Assembly (NCBI GenBank): GCA_044220955.1
Contig: JBGAQA010000002.1
Coordinates: 32,001 to 96,000 of the forward strand
Source: Sandaracinaceae bacterium
Lineage (GTDB): Bacteria > Myxococcota_A > Polyangia > Polyangiales > Sandaracinaceae
Reading direction: 5' to 3'
DNA length: 64,000 nt
How positions within the stretch are numbered: position 1 is the stretch's first letter; each line of letters opens with the position of its first letter. This document shows positions 20,546 through 29,936 of the stretch, piece by piece. The notes under the pieces were generated by a model, which made no database searches, was not told the DNA's origin, and worked only from the letters and a program-made list of their open reading frames with translations. The position numbers and the translations under genes were made by a program.

Positions 20546-22204
20546 TCAGCGGATCACGTAGAGCAGCTCCACCTCGAGGAAGTGGACCGGGCCGGTCGTG
20601 TAGTTCGCGGCGCCGACGGGCCGCCATGCCGCCGTCTCGGGGAGGAAGACGCCGTACATCACGCGGCCACGCAGGCCCGGGAACGGGGTCCAGAGGACCG
20701 CGAGGTTCCCCTCCTGCCCGGCGTAGTTGCTGGCGATGCCGGCGGCGCGCTCGGGAACGACGAAGACGTGCCAGTCGAGGTTGATCACCAGCTGGTCGAC
20801 GGGCCTGCCCGAGAAGTGGAACGCGCCCGCCGCGCTGTTGGTGCGATGGCCCATCACGTCCGTGAAGCCCAGGAACGCGTGCGCGGTCGGGAACAGCGTG
20901 TCGTAGCCCTCCTGGATGGAGTCCGTGCAGCCCGCGCCCGTGCAGGGTGCGTTGCCGGACCCGTAGCTCCCCTCGAGCGCGAAGCGCAGCCGATCCTCGA
21001 CGGCGTAGACCCCGACCTCGCCGAGCGCGATCCCCGCGAGCACCGTCTGCGCGCTGCCGAACCCGCCCGTGACCGCCCGCGCCGCGCCCTCGCGCCCGGT
21101 CTGGAACGCGCCCTCGACGCGCACGTCGACGGCGTCGATGCGGTACCGGAAGCGGCTGCCGATCGTCGCGCGCAGCGACCACTCGCGCTCCGTCGTCATA
21201 CCCATCGCGTCGGTGGCGAGGCGGTTGTTCGTCTGACGGAACAGGGCGTACACGTCGAGCGCGGTGGTCGGCCGCGCGTCGAGCAGCGGGCCGAGGCCCG
21301 CGTAGAGGCCGTAGAAGTACTGGTCGGCCTGTCCGAAGCCGGCGTTCGCGGGCGCGCCGGTGAGCGAGACGGCGTGGCCCTCGTTCACGAGCGTCCAGAA
21401 CGCGTCGATCCAGTACGAGCTCGGCTGGGGCGTGATGTGGACACGCGCGCCGTCGAAGGCGCGGCCGTTCGGGTGCCAGTCGAGGTTGCCGATGACGACG
21501 CCCTCGCCGTAGTTCATCTCGAAGCGGCCGATCTCGGCGCGCACGACCGGCCCGAGCTGCAGGGCGAGGCTCCCCTCGTGCAGGCCCAGCATCGCGTCGA
21601 CGCCACCGCCCGAGCTCGAGGCGCCGATGCCGCCCGGCACGGCGACGCCGAAGCCGGGGAGCGCCCAGTAGCCCGCGACCTGCGGCAGGAAGCGGATCAC
21701 GGCGCTGACGTCGGGGCCGAGCGTGAGGTTCGTGATCTCGAAGCCGGCCCGCGCTCGGTAGCGGATGCAGTCGCTGTCGGCCAGCGTGGGCGTCATCCCG
21801 ACGCCGCCGTAGCAGCCGACGGTCTGGAGCGCGCGCGTCGAGCCGAGGGCGTCGTAGCCCTCGCGGTGCTCGAAGCGCGTCATCATGTACGCGAGTGGAC
21901 GGAGCGTCGGTCCGGTCGGCGCCGCGGGCGTCGCCGCCGCTGCGGCCGCGGCCGCCTCCAGCGCCGCGACGCGCGCGCGCGCCTCCTCGAGCTCCGTGGC
22001 TCGGGCCTGGCTCTGGGCCTCGAGCGCCGCGAGGCGGGCCTCGACGCTGGGCCCCGGCGGCGGCACCTCGGCCGCTTGCTCCGGTGGCGGCGCCGTGTCG
22101 CCCGATCCGGGCTGCGGCGGCTGCGCGAGCGCGGTGGACCCCACACACATGGACGCGCCGAGCGCGCATCCGAGCAACCGACTCGAGATCGTTCCCCAGC
22201 TCAT
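20546..22204 (-). CDS. Alginate-export-family outer-membrane beta-barrel
   Basis: Signal peptide, coiled coil, GRFEMNYG..VIGNLDW...GRAFDG and LFPTAHAFLGFTD; ATG overlaps the SCO stop. Confidence 0.8.
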   Translation of the reverse strand: MSWGTISSRLLGCALGASMCVGSTALAQPPQPGSGDTAPPPEQAAEVPPPGPSVEARLAALEAQSQARATELEEARARVAALEAAAAAAAATPAAPTGPTLRPLAYMMTRFEHREGYDALGSTRALQTVGCYGGVGMTPTLADSDCIRYRARAGFEITNLTLGPDVSAVIRFLPQVAGYWALPGFGVAVPGGIGASSSGGGVDAMLGLHEGSLALQLGPVVRAEIGRFEMNYGEGVVIGNLDWHPNGRAFDGARVHITPQPSSYWIDAFWTLVNEGHAVSLTGAPANAGFGQADQYFYGLYAGLGPLLDARPTTALDVYALFRQTNNRLATDAMGMTTEREWSLRATIGSRFRYRIDAVDVRVEGAFQTGREGAARAVTGGFGSAQTVLAGIALGEVGVYAVEDRLRFALEGSYGSGNAPCTGAGCTDSIQEGYDTLFPTAHAFLGFTDVMGHRTNSAAGAFHFSGRPVDQLVINLDWHVFVVPERAAGIASNYAGQEGNLAVLWTPFPGLRGRVMYGVFLPETAAWRPVGAANYTTGPVHFLEVELLYVIR

Positions 22205-22878
22205 CGCTCGTCCTCCCTCGTGGCGCCGTGCCCTTCCGCGTGCGCCGCCAGTAGCTCGCGCGCCCGAGCCACCACTGGCTCGAGCGGCGCGTCCACGCCG
22301 TCCGCCTGCACCGCCACGCGCCCCTCTGCGTCGAGGAGCGTCACGATCGCGCTGTGCACGAACTGCCCGTCCGCCGTTCGCCGGTACTGCACACCGAGCG
22401 CCATCGCCAGCTCGCGCACCGCGTCCTGGTCGCCGCGCAGCAGGCTGTAGCGCGGCGTCGGGAGCGAGCGCTCCGCCGCGAGCGCGCGCAGCCGCTCCGG
22501 CGTGTCGTTGTCGGGGTCGAACGTGACGAGCACCACGCGCAGCCGCGCGCGCTCCTCGGGCGAGAGCGCCTCGTCGACGCGTACGACCTCCGAGATCAGC
22601 AGCGGGCACACCGTCGTGCACGACCCGTAGAACATCAAGACGAGCACCGGCTCTCCGCGGAGCGAGACGAGGCTGAACGGGCGCTCGTCCTGATCGGTGA
22701 ACGCGGCGTCGAGCTGATAGAGGGAGGCGCCGTCGAGGGGGCCGAGCGCAGGGAGCCCGGCGTGCTCGTGGTCGTGCTGGCAAGCGCAGTGCGGGGCCTC
22801 CTCGGCCTCGTGCCCGCAAGCGACGACGAGCATCGCCGCGAGCGCGAGCGCACCACCTCGAACGATCGTGGACGTCAT
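22201..22878 (-). CDS. SCO1/SenC copper chaperone lipoprotein
   Basis: CTTVCP (CxxxC), DPDND and HS; lipobox VVAC; His-rich N-terminus. Confidence 0.92.
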   Translation of the reverse strand: MTSTIVRGGALALAAMLVVACGHEAEEAPHCACQHDHEHAGLPALGPLDGASLYQLDAAFTDQDERPFSLVSLRGEPVLVLMFYGSCTTVCPLLISEVVRVDEALSPEERARLRVVLVTFDPDNDTPERLRALAAERSLPTPRYSLLRGDQDAVRELAMALGVQYRRTADGQFVHSAIVTLLDAEGRVAVQADGVDAPLEPVVARARELLAAHAEGHGATREDER

Positions 22879-23690
22879 CGTGGCTCCGTGGCGACGCTGC
22901 GAACGCAGCGGAATCCGAGGTTGTGGACCGTGTAGGACGCGCGGAGGCTCGAGCGGAACGCGTAGCGCATGAACGCGGCGTAGTCGGCGACGTCGGCCGC
23001 GCCGAGGCTCGCCCCGCCGCAGAAGCGCGACGCCTGGGCGTCGCCGCGCGTGCGGTCGTCCACGCTCACCATGGACGCGTTGAAGTCGTCGACCCACTCC
23101 CAGATCAGGCCGTGCAGGTCGCGGATGCCGAACACGTTGGGCTCGAGCGAGCCGACGTCGCCGATGGCCGCGTGCGGTCGCGTGTAGAAGTCCAGGATGC
23201 GCGCGACGAACTCCGGGTCGCGGTGCGCGTCGGCCGTGTGGGCGTCCGCCTGCGCGGCGAGCTCCCACTCGGCCTCCGTCGGCAGGCGCTCCCCCTGCGC
23301 GCGACAGTACGCGCGCGCCGCGTACCAGGACACGAAGGTGACGGGCTGCTCGGGCCGAGCGCTCGCGCCGAGCTCGGTGTCGCCGGCCCAGTGCGAGAGG
23401 TACTGCGCGTCGGCGAAGAGGCGCGCGACCGTGGTGCGCTGCCAGCGCGCGCTCTCCCGAACGAACGCGAGGAACTCGGCGTTCGTGACGGCGTGCTCGT
23501 CCATGTCGAACGCCTCGACGTCGACCGGCTGACCGGTGGAGCCGGAGTAGAACGGCACGAAGCGCGCGGATGGCACGCGGTGCATGAGCGCTGCTCGGTC
23601 CTGCGCGACGAGCCGCGGGCCCGGCGCGCTGGCCAGCGCCAGCGCCAGGGCCGTCAGGACGAGCGAGCTGCGAGCAGCGCCCATGGCCAT
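22875..23690 (-). CDS. FGE-sulfatase-fold protein (NirV-like)
   Basis: VTNAEF, RLPTEAEWE, DLHGLIWEW and GFRC; directly downstream of nirK. Confidence 0.88.
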   Translation of the reverse strand: MAMGAARSSLVLTALALALASAPGPRLVAQDRAALMHRVPSARFVPFYSGSTGQPVDVEAFDMDEHAVTNAEFLAFVRESARWQRTTVARLFADAQYLSHWAGDTELGASARPEQPVTFVSWYAARAYCRAQGERLPTEAEWELAAQADAHTADAHRDPEFVARILDFYTRPHAAIGDVGSLEPNVFGIRDLHGLIWEWVDDFNASMVSVDDRTRGDAQASRFCGGASLGAADVADYAAFMRYAFRSSLRASYTVHNLGFRCVRSVATEPR

Positions 23691-23694
23691 TCCT

Positions 23695-25173
23695 CTACGG
23701 GTGTCCGCCCGGCGGCGGCGGGAGCGTGGCGCGGACGGCGGCCACCTGCTCGGCGGTGACGGGGTCGGTCGCGGTGTTGCCGAAGTGGGTCCGCACGTAG
23801 GTCAGGACCTCGGCGATCTCGTGGTCGGTCAGGTTCGCCAGCGGCGGCATGACGCCGTTGAAGGTCTGGCCGTTGACGGTGACGGGGCCGTTCAGGCCGG
23901 CCAGGACCGTGTGGATGGCGCGGTCGCGATCGGCCATCAGGTAGTCGGAGCTCGCGAGCGGCGGGAACACACCCGCGAGGCCGGTCGCGTCGCGCTGGTG
24001 GCAGGTCGAGCAGATGCCGATGAAGGTCGCCTCGCCCTGTCCGCCGACGCCCCCGTCGGCGCCGCTCGTGGCGACCGCGCCCGTGTGCTCGCCGAGGTAG
24101 GTCTCGTCCATCTGCCGCCCCGAGTACACGACGGTGTTCTCGTCGCCCGAGACGCGGAGCATGCCGAGGGCGCCGTGGTTGAAGGCGCGGATCAGCGCGT
24201 GGTCGACGAGGATGTACGTGCCCGGGATGTCGACCCGGAAGTCGACGATCGCCGAGCCACCCGGCGGCACGGACGTCGTCTGCACGTCGGTGGACTGCGT
24301 GGAGCCGCCCTCCGGCCACACGCGGTCGAAGATCTCGCCGATGACGTGGAACGAGCTGGTCAGGTTCGGGCCGCCGACGCCGAAGAAGATGCGGACCGTC
24401 TGGCCGACGTCGGCGGTGATCGCGCGATCGCCGACGAGCGCGCCGTCGCGGCCGTTGAAGAGGATGTACGCGGGGTCCTCGTGGATCGCGCGGGCCATCG
24501 AGAAGGGCTGCAGGCCCGGCTCGCGGTAGTCGCCCTGCGTGTAGAAGTCGCCCTGCACCACGTAGTACTCGTGATCGACCGTCGGGTAGCCCTCCTCGGG
24601 CTCGACGACGATCAGGCCGTACATGCCGTTCGCCACGTGCATGCCGACCGGCGGGGTCGCGCAGTGATAGATGTACACGCCCGGGTTCAGCGCCTGGAAC
24701 GAGAACTGGGTCTGGTGGCCCGGCGCGGTGAAGGTGCTCGTCGCACCGCCGCCCGGACCGGTGACCGCGTGCAGATCGATGTTGTGCGGCATCGTCGAGT
24801 CGGGGCGGTTCGCGAGGTGCAGCTCGACGTAGTCGCCGCGCCGAACGCGGATCATCGGGCCGGGCACCGTGCCCCCGTAGGTCCAGAAGGTGTACGTCAC
24901 GCCGTCCGCGATCTCGCGCGTCGTCTCCTGCACCTCGAGCGTCACGCGGACGTGCGCGGGCGCGTCGCGATCGACCGGCGGGGCGGCGAGCGGCGGCACG
25001 CCGAGGACGGCGTCGACGACCGGCAGCGAGGCGACGTCGATCTCCGGTATGGGTCGCTGGGTCGGGTCGACCGGCGCCGGCTCGGCGGGCTCGGGCGCCT
25101 CCGTGGCAGGGGGCGAGCCGCACGCGAGCAGCACGCTCGCGGCGAGAAAGGGTACGTATGAGCGCGCGGCCAT
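23695..25173 (-). CDS. nirK: Copper nitrite reductase with C-terminal cytochrome c, lipoprotein
   Basis: HNIDLH, YHC, HVANGM, SSFHVIG and VDH copper motifs; CSTCH...MP heme domain; LLAC lipobox. Confidence 0.96.
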   Translation of the reverse strand: MAARSYVPFLAASVLLACGSPPATEAPEPAEPAPVDPTQRPIPEIDVASLPVVDAVLGVPPLAAPPVDRDAPAHVRVTLEVQETTREIADGVTYTFWTYGGTVPGPMIRVRRGDYVELHLANRPDSTMPHNIDLHAVTGPGGGATSTFTAPGHQTQFSFQALNPGVYIYHCATPPVGMHVANGMYGLIVVEPEEGYPTVDHEYYVVQGDFYTQGDYREPGLQPFSMARAIHEDPAYILFNGRDGALVGDRAITADVGQTVRIFFGVGGPNLTSSFHVIGEIFDRVWPEGGSTQSTDVQTTSVPPGGSAIVDFRVDIPGTYILVDHALIRAFNHGALGMLRVSGDENTVVYSGRQMDETYLGEHTGAVATSGADGGVGGQGEATFIGICSTCHQRDATGLAGVFPPLASSDYLMADRDRAIHTVLAGLNGPVTVNGQTFNGVMPPLANLTDHEIAEVLTYVRTHFGNTATDPVTAEQVAAVRATLPPPPGGHP

Positions 25174-25224
25174 GAGGTCACCTCCGTCTTCGCGGGAGCC
25201 CTAGGCCCCATCCCCGCAGCAGGC

Positions 25225-25238
25225 ATGACCCAGATCAG
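25225..25238. promoter_or_regulatory. Fnr/Dnr-type box upstream of nirK
   Basis: ATGACCCAGATCAG, compared with the consensus TTGAT-N4-ATCAA. Confidence 0.75.
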
Positions 25239-25429
25239 CTACCGCGGGCTCGCAGCTCGAGGACGATGGCGAGGCGGAAGAACGCGCGACGACGCCCGCG
25301 CTCACGGCCAGGGCCGCCAGCGGGGCGTCGTCTTCTACGTCGGCGCGCACGATCAGCCCGAGTGCTCGGCAGCGCGAGCACCTGCTCCGGCCCAGGACGG
25401 GCCGGAGCTCGAGCACGGAGCACGGGTGG

Positions 25430-25747
25430 CTACGCGCGCGCGATGAACGCGTCGCAGGAGCCGTTCGGGTCGATGCTGCCGGGGACCGACGAGCACGTCC
25501 CGCAGGCATCGGGGGTCCCCGTGAAGAGCTGGCAGCCCGCGCAACGCCGCGCGGGGTCTGCCGCCACCTGGACGTAGTGCAGGCCCGAACGGATGGCCAG
25601 CTGGGGCGGCCCGAGGCCGTCCGTGGTGCAGCTGGGTCCGCCACCGCAGGACGTGAGGGCCGCGCCCAGCACTGGCGACGCTGCAATCACGACCAGCGCA
25701 CGACGCAAGAGGGTTCGCCGCCCGAGGATCTTGTCCGACTCGCTCAT
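25430..25747 (-). CDS. High-potential iron-sulfur protein (HiPIP)-like Tat lipoprotein
   Basis: GRRTLL Tat motif, LTSC, R..LHYV, CAGCQLF, C..VPG.IDPNGSCDAF; GAGGAG RBS. Confidence 0.82.
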   Translation of the reverse strand: MSESDKILGRRTLLRRALVVIAASPVLGAALTSCGGGPSCTTDGLGPPQLAIRSGLHYVQVAADPARRCAGCQLFTGTPDACGTCSSVPGSIDPNGSCDAFIARA

Positions 25748-25814
25748 GTCCAATCACTCCTCTGGCCGATCTTGGCCGGCCGTTCGTGCTTTAGGCGCTC
25801 GCCGCCAGCGAGCG

Positions 25815-25828
25815 CTGATCTAGATCAC
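25815..25828. promoter_or_regulatory. Fnr/Dnr-type box between HiPIP and ric
   Basis: CTGATCTAGATCAC, with a perfect 12-bp palindromic core. Confidence 0.8.
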
Positions 25829-25873
25829 CCCGCGAGGTGCGACAGTGCCTACGTCCGCGGGACGAGGTGCCTC

Positions 25874-26617
25874 GTGTCGCGTTCCGCGCCGATCGATCCG
25901 ACCATGCTCCTGCGCGACATCGTGCGCCAGCGTCCGGCCGCGATCGGCGTGCTGGACGCGTATCGCGTCGACTGGTGCTGCGGGTCGCGCCGGACGCTGG
26001 CCGAGGCCTGCGCGAGCGCGGGGGCGAAGCTCGCCGAGGTCATGGCGGCCCTCGAGAGAGGCGCCGCGCGGTCCGCCGACCCGCCGGCGTTCGCCGAGCT
26101 GGCGGGGCGCTCGGTGACGGAGCTCGTCGGTCTCGTGCGCGACGGGCACCACGCGTTCACGCGGGCGGAGGGACCTCGGCTGCGCTCGCTCGCGACCGAG
26201 GTCGCGGCGCGCCACGGTGCGGAGCACAGCGAGCTCGTCGCCGTCGAGGAGCTCGTGCAGGGTCTGTTCGACGCGCTCGAGACGCACATGATCAAGGAGG
26301 AGCGCGTCCTGTTCCCCTTCATCGTCGCCCTGGACGAGGCCGTGCGCGCGAACGCCCGGCCGCCCGCGGCCCCCTTCGGGCCCTTGTCCCGACCGATCCA
26401 GGCGATGGTCGCCGACCACGAGGAGGCCGGCCGCATCCTCGACGAGCTGGTGCGGGTCACGAACGGGTTCGAGATCCCCAGCCAGGCCTGCGCCAGCTGG
26501 TCGGCGCTCTACGAGGGCCTCCGGGCGCACCACGCCGATCTCAGGCGTCACGTCTGGATCGAGAACGAGCTATTGTTCCCTTCTGCCATCGTGCTGGAGC
26601 AGCGAGTGGCGCACTGA
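25874..26617 (+). CDS. ric: Iron-sulfur cluster repair di-iron protein (Ric/YtfE/DnrN)
   Basis: DWCCG, HH, HMIKEERVLFP and HVWIENELLFP. Confidence 0.92.
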   Translation: MSRSAPIDPTMLLRDIVRQRPAAIGVLDAYRVDWCCGSRRTLAEACASAGAKLAEVMAALERGAARSADPPAFAELAGRSVTELVGLVRDGHHAFTRAEGPRLRSLATEVAARHGAEHSELVAVEELVQGLFDALETHMIKEERVLFPFIVALDEAVRANARPPAAPFGPLSRPIQAMVADHEEAGRILDELVRVTNGFEIPSQACASWSALYEGLRAHHADLRRHVWIENELLFPSAIVLEQRVAH

Positions 26618-26621
26618 ATCG

Positions 26622-27365
26622 ATGACCGGAACCGAGATCCCCGACGCCTCGAAGGCAGTGAGCGACCGCGCCCGGATCGCGCGACTGCTGGCGGCGGGAC
26701 GCATGTTCCGCGACTGCGACCCGACCTTCGTTCGAACGGTGTCCGACGCCTGCACCTTGAAGCGCTACCACCGAGGCGCCCGGATCTGGACCCGGGGCGA
26801 GCCCGCGGAGCACTTCCACCAGGTCACGCGCGGAGTGCTGGAGCTGCAGCGCGCGACCGCGGGGAGCGAGCCGACGCTCGTCGCGTTCTTCGGCCCGAGC
26901 GAGTATCCGGCGGTCCCGGTGGCGCTCGAGAGGCGCTCGTACATCGCCAATTCGGTCGCGAGCACCACCGAGCTCGAGGTGCTCCGCATCCCCGCTCACC
27001 TCGTGCTGCAGCGCCTGGAGCACGACCTGGCGCTCGGGACCGCGATGCGGCGCCTGCTGCTCGACCACGCGCGCCTCTTGCACTCGAAGATCGACGTGCT
27101 GACGGCCGGCTCCGTCCCGCGACGCATCGCCGTCTTCCTGCTCGACCTCGCCGATCGATTCGGCGACGAACGCGACGACGGGAGCACCGCGATCCCGCTC
27201 GCCCTGGCCCGCGCCCAGATCGCGAGCTACGTCGATGCGCGCGTCGAGACGGTGATCCGGTGCTTCAGCGCCTGGCGACGCGAGGGGCTGCTCGTGCTCG
27301 AGCCGGACGCGACGGTGCTTCCCTCCCCTGCCCGTATGCGGGCGCAGGTTCTCGACGAGATCTGA
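26622..27365 (+). CDS. Crp/Fnr-family regulator (Dnr/NnrR-like)
   Basis: cNMP-type domain plus HTH with ETVIR; no Fnr Cys cluster. Confidence 0.88.
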   Translation: MTGTEIPDASKAVSDRARIARLLAAGRMFRDCDPTFVRTVSDACTLKRYHRGARIWTRGEPAEHFHQVTRGVLELQRATAGSEPTLVAFFGPSEYPAVPVALERRSYIANSVASTTELEVLRIPAHLVLQRLEHDLALGTAMRRLLLDHARLLHSKIDVLTAGSVPRRIAVFLLDLADRFGDERDDGSTAIPLALARAQIASYVDARVETVIRCFSAWRREGLLVLEPDATVLPSPARMRAQVLDEI

Positions 27366-27386
27366 CGCCCCGCGGCCGCGCCCGTC

Positions 27387-28724
27387 TCAGGCGCGAAGCA
27401 GCTCCTCGGCCGCGTGCGTCCCGCTCGCGAGGCAGTCCGGTACGCCGACGCCCTCGTAGGCGTTGCCCGCCAGCGCGATCGGCCCGAGGGCTCGGGCTCC
27501 GACCCGGATGCGCTCGACGCGCGCCGTGTGACCGACGCCGTAGACGGGAAGTGCGCGCGGCCTGCGTCTCACGCGCACCCAGAGGGGCTCGGCCTCGAGC
27601 CCGACGAGCCTGCGGAGATCCTCGCGCGCGCCGCGGGCCACCTCGTCGAAAGGACGCTCCGAGCCGCCGACGACGGCCCGCACGACGAAGCGATCTGCGG
27701 GCGCGCGCCCGTGCCACTTCTCGCTCGCGAACGTGCAGGCGTGGGTCGCGAGGCCGAGGCGGGCCGCGACGACGAAGCCCGTTCCCGCGGGCAGGTGGCG
27801 GACCGCGTCGCGCGCGTAGGCGAGCGAGACGACGTCGACCGAGGAGTGCTCGATCGCGAGGAGCTCGGCGGCGAGGTCCGGATCGGCACGCTCGAGGAGC
27901 CGCGCCGACGCGTGGGCCGGCAGCGCGAGCACCAGCTGCCGGGCCTCGACGACGCTCCCGTCGGCGCAGCGGAGGGTGACCCCGCCTCGCTCGAGCGTGA
28001 GCCCCTGCACGTCGATGCCCGTCGTGATGCGGCCGCCCAGGCGCTCGGCCATCGCCAGGGCGATGCGACCCATGCCGCCTCGCAGCGTCACCAGGCCGGT
28101 CGGTCCCTCGAGCTTCCCGCGCCGGGCGACCCCCAGCGAGACGCTCCCGTGACGGCGCTCGAGCTCGACGAGCTGGGGCATCGCGGCCTGCGCCCCGAGG
28201 CGGCCCGCCCCGGCGCCATACACGCCCGCCATGAGCGGGTCGAAGAGCTCCTCCACCATCTCCGGCCCGAAGCGGCGCCCGACGAACGACGCGACGCTCT
28301 CGTCCGCGGCGGCGCGTCGAGCCGGGATGAATGGCTCGAGCGCCAGGCGCGCCCGTCCTCGGAGCGTGAGCACGTCGCTCGTCATCAGCGCCACGGCCGC
28401 GCTCGGCCGCAGCGCGAAGAGCCCCTCGGGGATCGGTCGCAGTCCGTGCTCCGAGGCGATCCAGGCGCGGCGCGGCGCCGGGCCGCCGTCGACGATGTCC
28501 GACGCGAGGTCGAGCTCGGCGAGCGTCCTTCCGGCGCCCTTCTTGTGCAGGAGCAGTCCGTCCGCCCCGTGCTCGAGCAGGACGCCGTCCTCCGTCGCCT
28601 CGCTCTCGACGAGCCCGCCGACGCGGTCGCTCTTCTCGAGGACGCGAACGTCCCGACCTGCCCGCGCCAGCGTCAGCGCCGCGGAGAGGCCCGCGACGCC
28701 GGCGCCGACCACGACCGTCGTCAC
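27387..28724 (-). CDS. hemY: HemY-type proto/coproporphyrinogen oxidase
   Basis: GAGVAG, RVGG, DESVASFVGRRFG, GVYG and GNAYEGVGVPDC. Confidence 0.9.
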   Translation of the reverse strand: MTTVVVGAGVAGLSAALTLARAGRDVRVLEKSDRVGGLVESEATEDGVLLEHGADGLLLHKKGAGRTLAELDLASDIVDGGPAPRRAWIASEHGLRPIPEGLFALRPSAAVALMTSDVLTLRGRARLALEPFIPARRAAADESVASFVGRRFGPEMVEELFDPLMAGVYGAGAGRLGAQAAMPQLVELERRHGSVSLGVARRGKLEGPTGLVTLRGGMGRIALAMAERLGGRITTGIDVQGLTLERGGVTLRCADGSVVEARQLVLALPAHASARLLERADPDLAAELLAIEHSSVDVVSLAYARDAVRHLPAGTGFVVAARLGLATHACTFASEKWHGRAPADRFVVRAVVGGSERPFDEVARGAREDLRRLVGLEAEPLWVRVRRRPRALPVYGVGHTARVERIRVGARALGPIALAGNAYEGVGVPDCLASGTHAAEELLRA

Positions 28725-29803
28725 GGCTGCCTCACCGGCCGCGGCAAGTATGCACACCCGGGATCCTCGGCCAGCGGGTCGCCGCTCGTCGCGTACGCGC
28801 GCGCGCGCGAGCCCCCGCACACGCGCCGGAACTCGCACAGACCGCACTTGCCTCCGAGAGCGTCCGCGTCGCGCAGCGATCGGAAGAGCGGGTGATCACG
28901 GTACGTCCGGGTGAGCCCCTCTCGTCGCACGTTGCCGCAGTCGACGGGGAGAAACCCGCTCGGGAAGATGTCACCGACGTGAGACACGAAGGCGACGCCC
29001 TGTCCGTCGGTCATCCCGCGCGGGGATCGGCCGATGCCGTCCTCCAGCCCGACGACGTCCTGCCGCGACACCTTGTGCGTCAAGAGCACGCGCCGCAGCT
29101 GCGGGGCCGCCGTGGTCTTCACGTCGAAGGGCGCCGACGCCGCGAGCTCCGCGAGCCACTCGAGCAGCGTCTCGACCTCGCCCGCGTCGAGCAGCACGTC
29201 GTGGATGGCACGGCCGGTGGGCACGACGACGAAGACGCTCCAGAGGGCGACGTCGAGCTCCCGGACCAGGCGCGCGACGTCCTCGAGCTCGTGCCGGTTC
29301 ATCCGCGTGACCGACGTGTTCACCTGCGTGGTCAGCCCGATCTGGCGGGCCGCACGCAGGAGCGACACCGTCCGCTCGAGCACGCCGTCGACCCCGCGGA
29401 ACCCGTCGTGCATCCCGCGCGTCGCGCCGTCGATCGAGAGGGCGAGGCGCGCGAGGCCGGCGGCGTGCAGCTCGCGCAGGAGCTCTTCCGTCACGAGCGG
29501 CGTCGCGCTCGGCGTCAGCGCCATGCGCAGCCCGATGCTCGTCCCGTAGCGGACGAGCTCGACGAGATCCTCGCGCTTGGCCGGATCGCCGCCGGTCAGG
29601 ACCACGAGGGGGACGCCCATCGCGTGGGCCTCGTCGAGGAGCGCCTTTCCCTCGGCGGTCGAGAGCTCGCGCGGGTCGCGCTCCGGAAGGGCGCACGCAC
29701 GGCAGTGACGGCAGGCGAGGTCACACGCGCGCGTGGTCTCCCAGAAGAGGATGAACGGCCTCTCGTCGAAGAGCCCGGCTCGCATGCCGGTCGCGCGCGC
29801 CAT
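28721..29803 (-). CDS. Radical SAM/SPASM protein, NirJ/AhbD-related (TIGR04053-like)
   Basis: WETTRACDLACRHC, TGGDP, PSGFLP and CGLCEFRRVCGGSRARA; GGAGG RBS. Confidence 0.88.
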   Translation of the reverse strand: MARATGMRAGLFDERPFILFWETTRACDLACRHCRACALPERDPRELSTAEGKALLDEAHAMGVPLVVLTGGDPAKREDLVELVRYGTSIGLRMALTPSATPLVTEELLRELHAAGLARLALSIDGATRGMHDGFRGVDGVLERTVSLLRAARQIGLTTQVNTSVTRMNRHELEDVARLVRELDVALWSVFVVVPTGRAIHDVLLDAGEVETLLEWLAELAASAPFDVKTTAAPQLRRVLLTHKVSRQDVVGLEDGIGRSPRGMTDGQGVAFVSHVGDIFPSGFLPVDCGNVRREGLTRTYRDHPLFRSLRDADALGGKCGLCEFRRVCGGSRARAYATSGDPLAEDPGCAYLPRPVRQP

Positions 29804-29887
29804 CGATCGTGCCTCCACGTGTGAGATACCCACCCGGGAGCGGCGGGACAGGTGCGGCGGTGCGGTGTCGCACGAGCGCGCCCGAGC

Positions 29888-29901
29888 ATGATCCAGATCA
29901 G
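29888..29901. promoter_or_regulatory. Fnr/Dnr-type box upstream of norC
   Basis: ATGATCCAGATCAG. Confidence 0.78.
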
Positions 29902-29936
29902 AGGGCGCGTGTAGGGCGCGGGTAGTCACGACGGCG

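Noticed and set aside
28721..29803. Heme d1 biosynthesis NirJ or RiPP maturase
   Set aside because: No nirS or nirFDLGH, no adjacent precursor peptide, and the gene is coupled to hemY.
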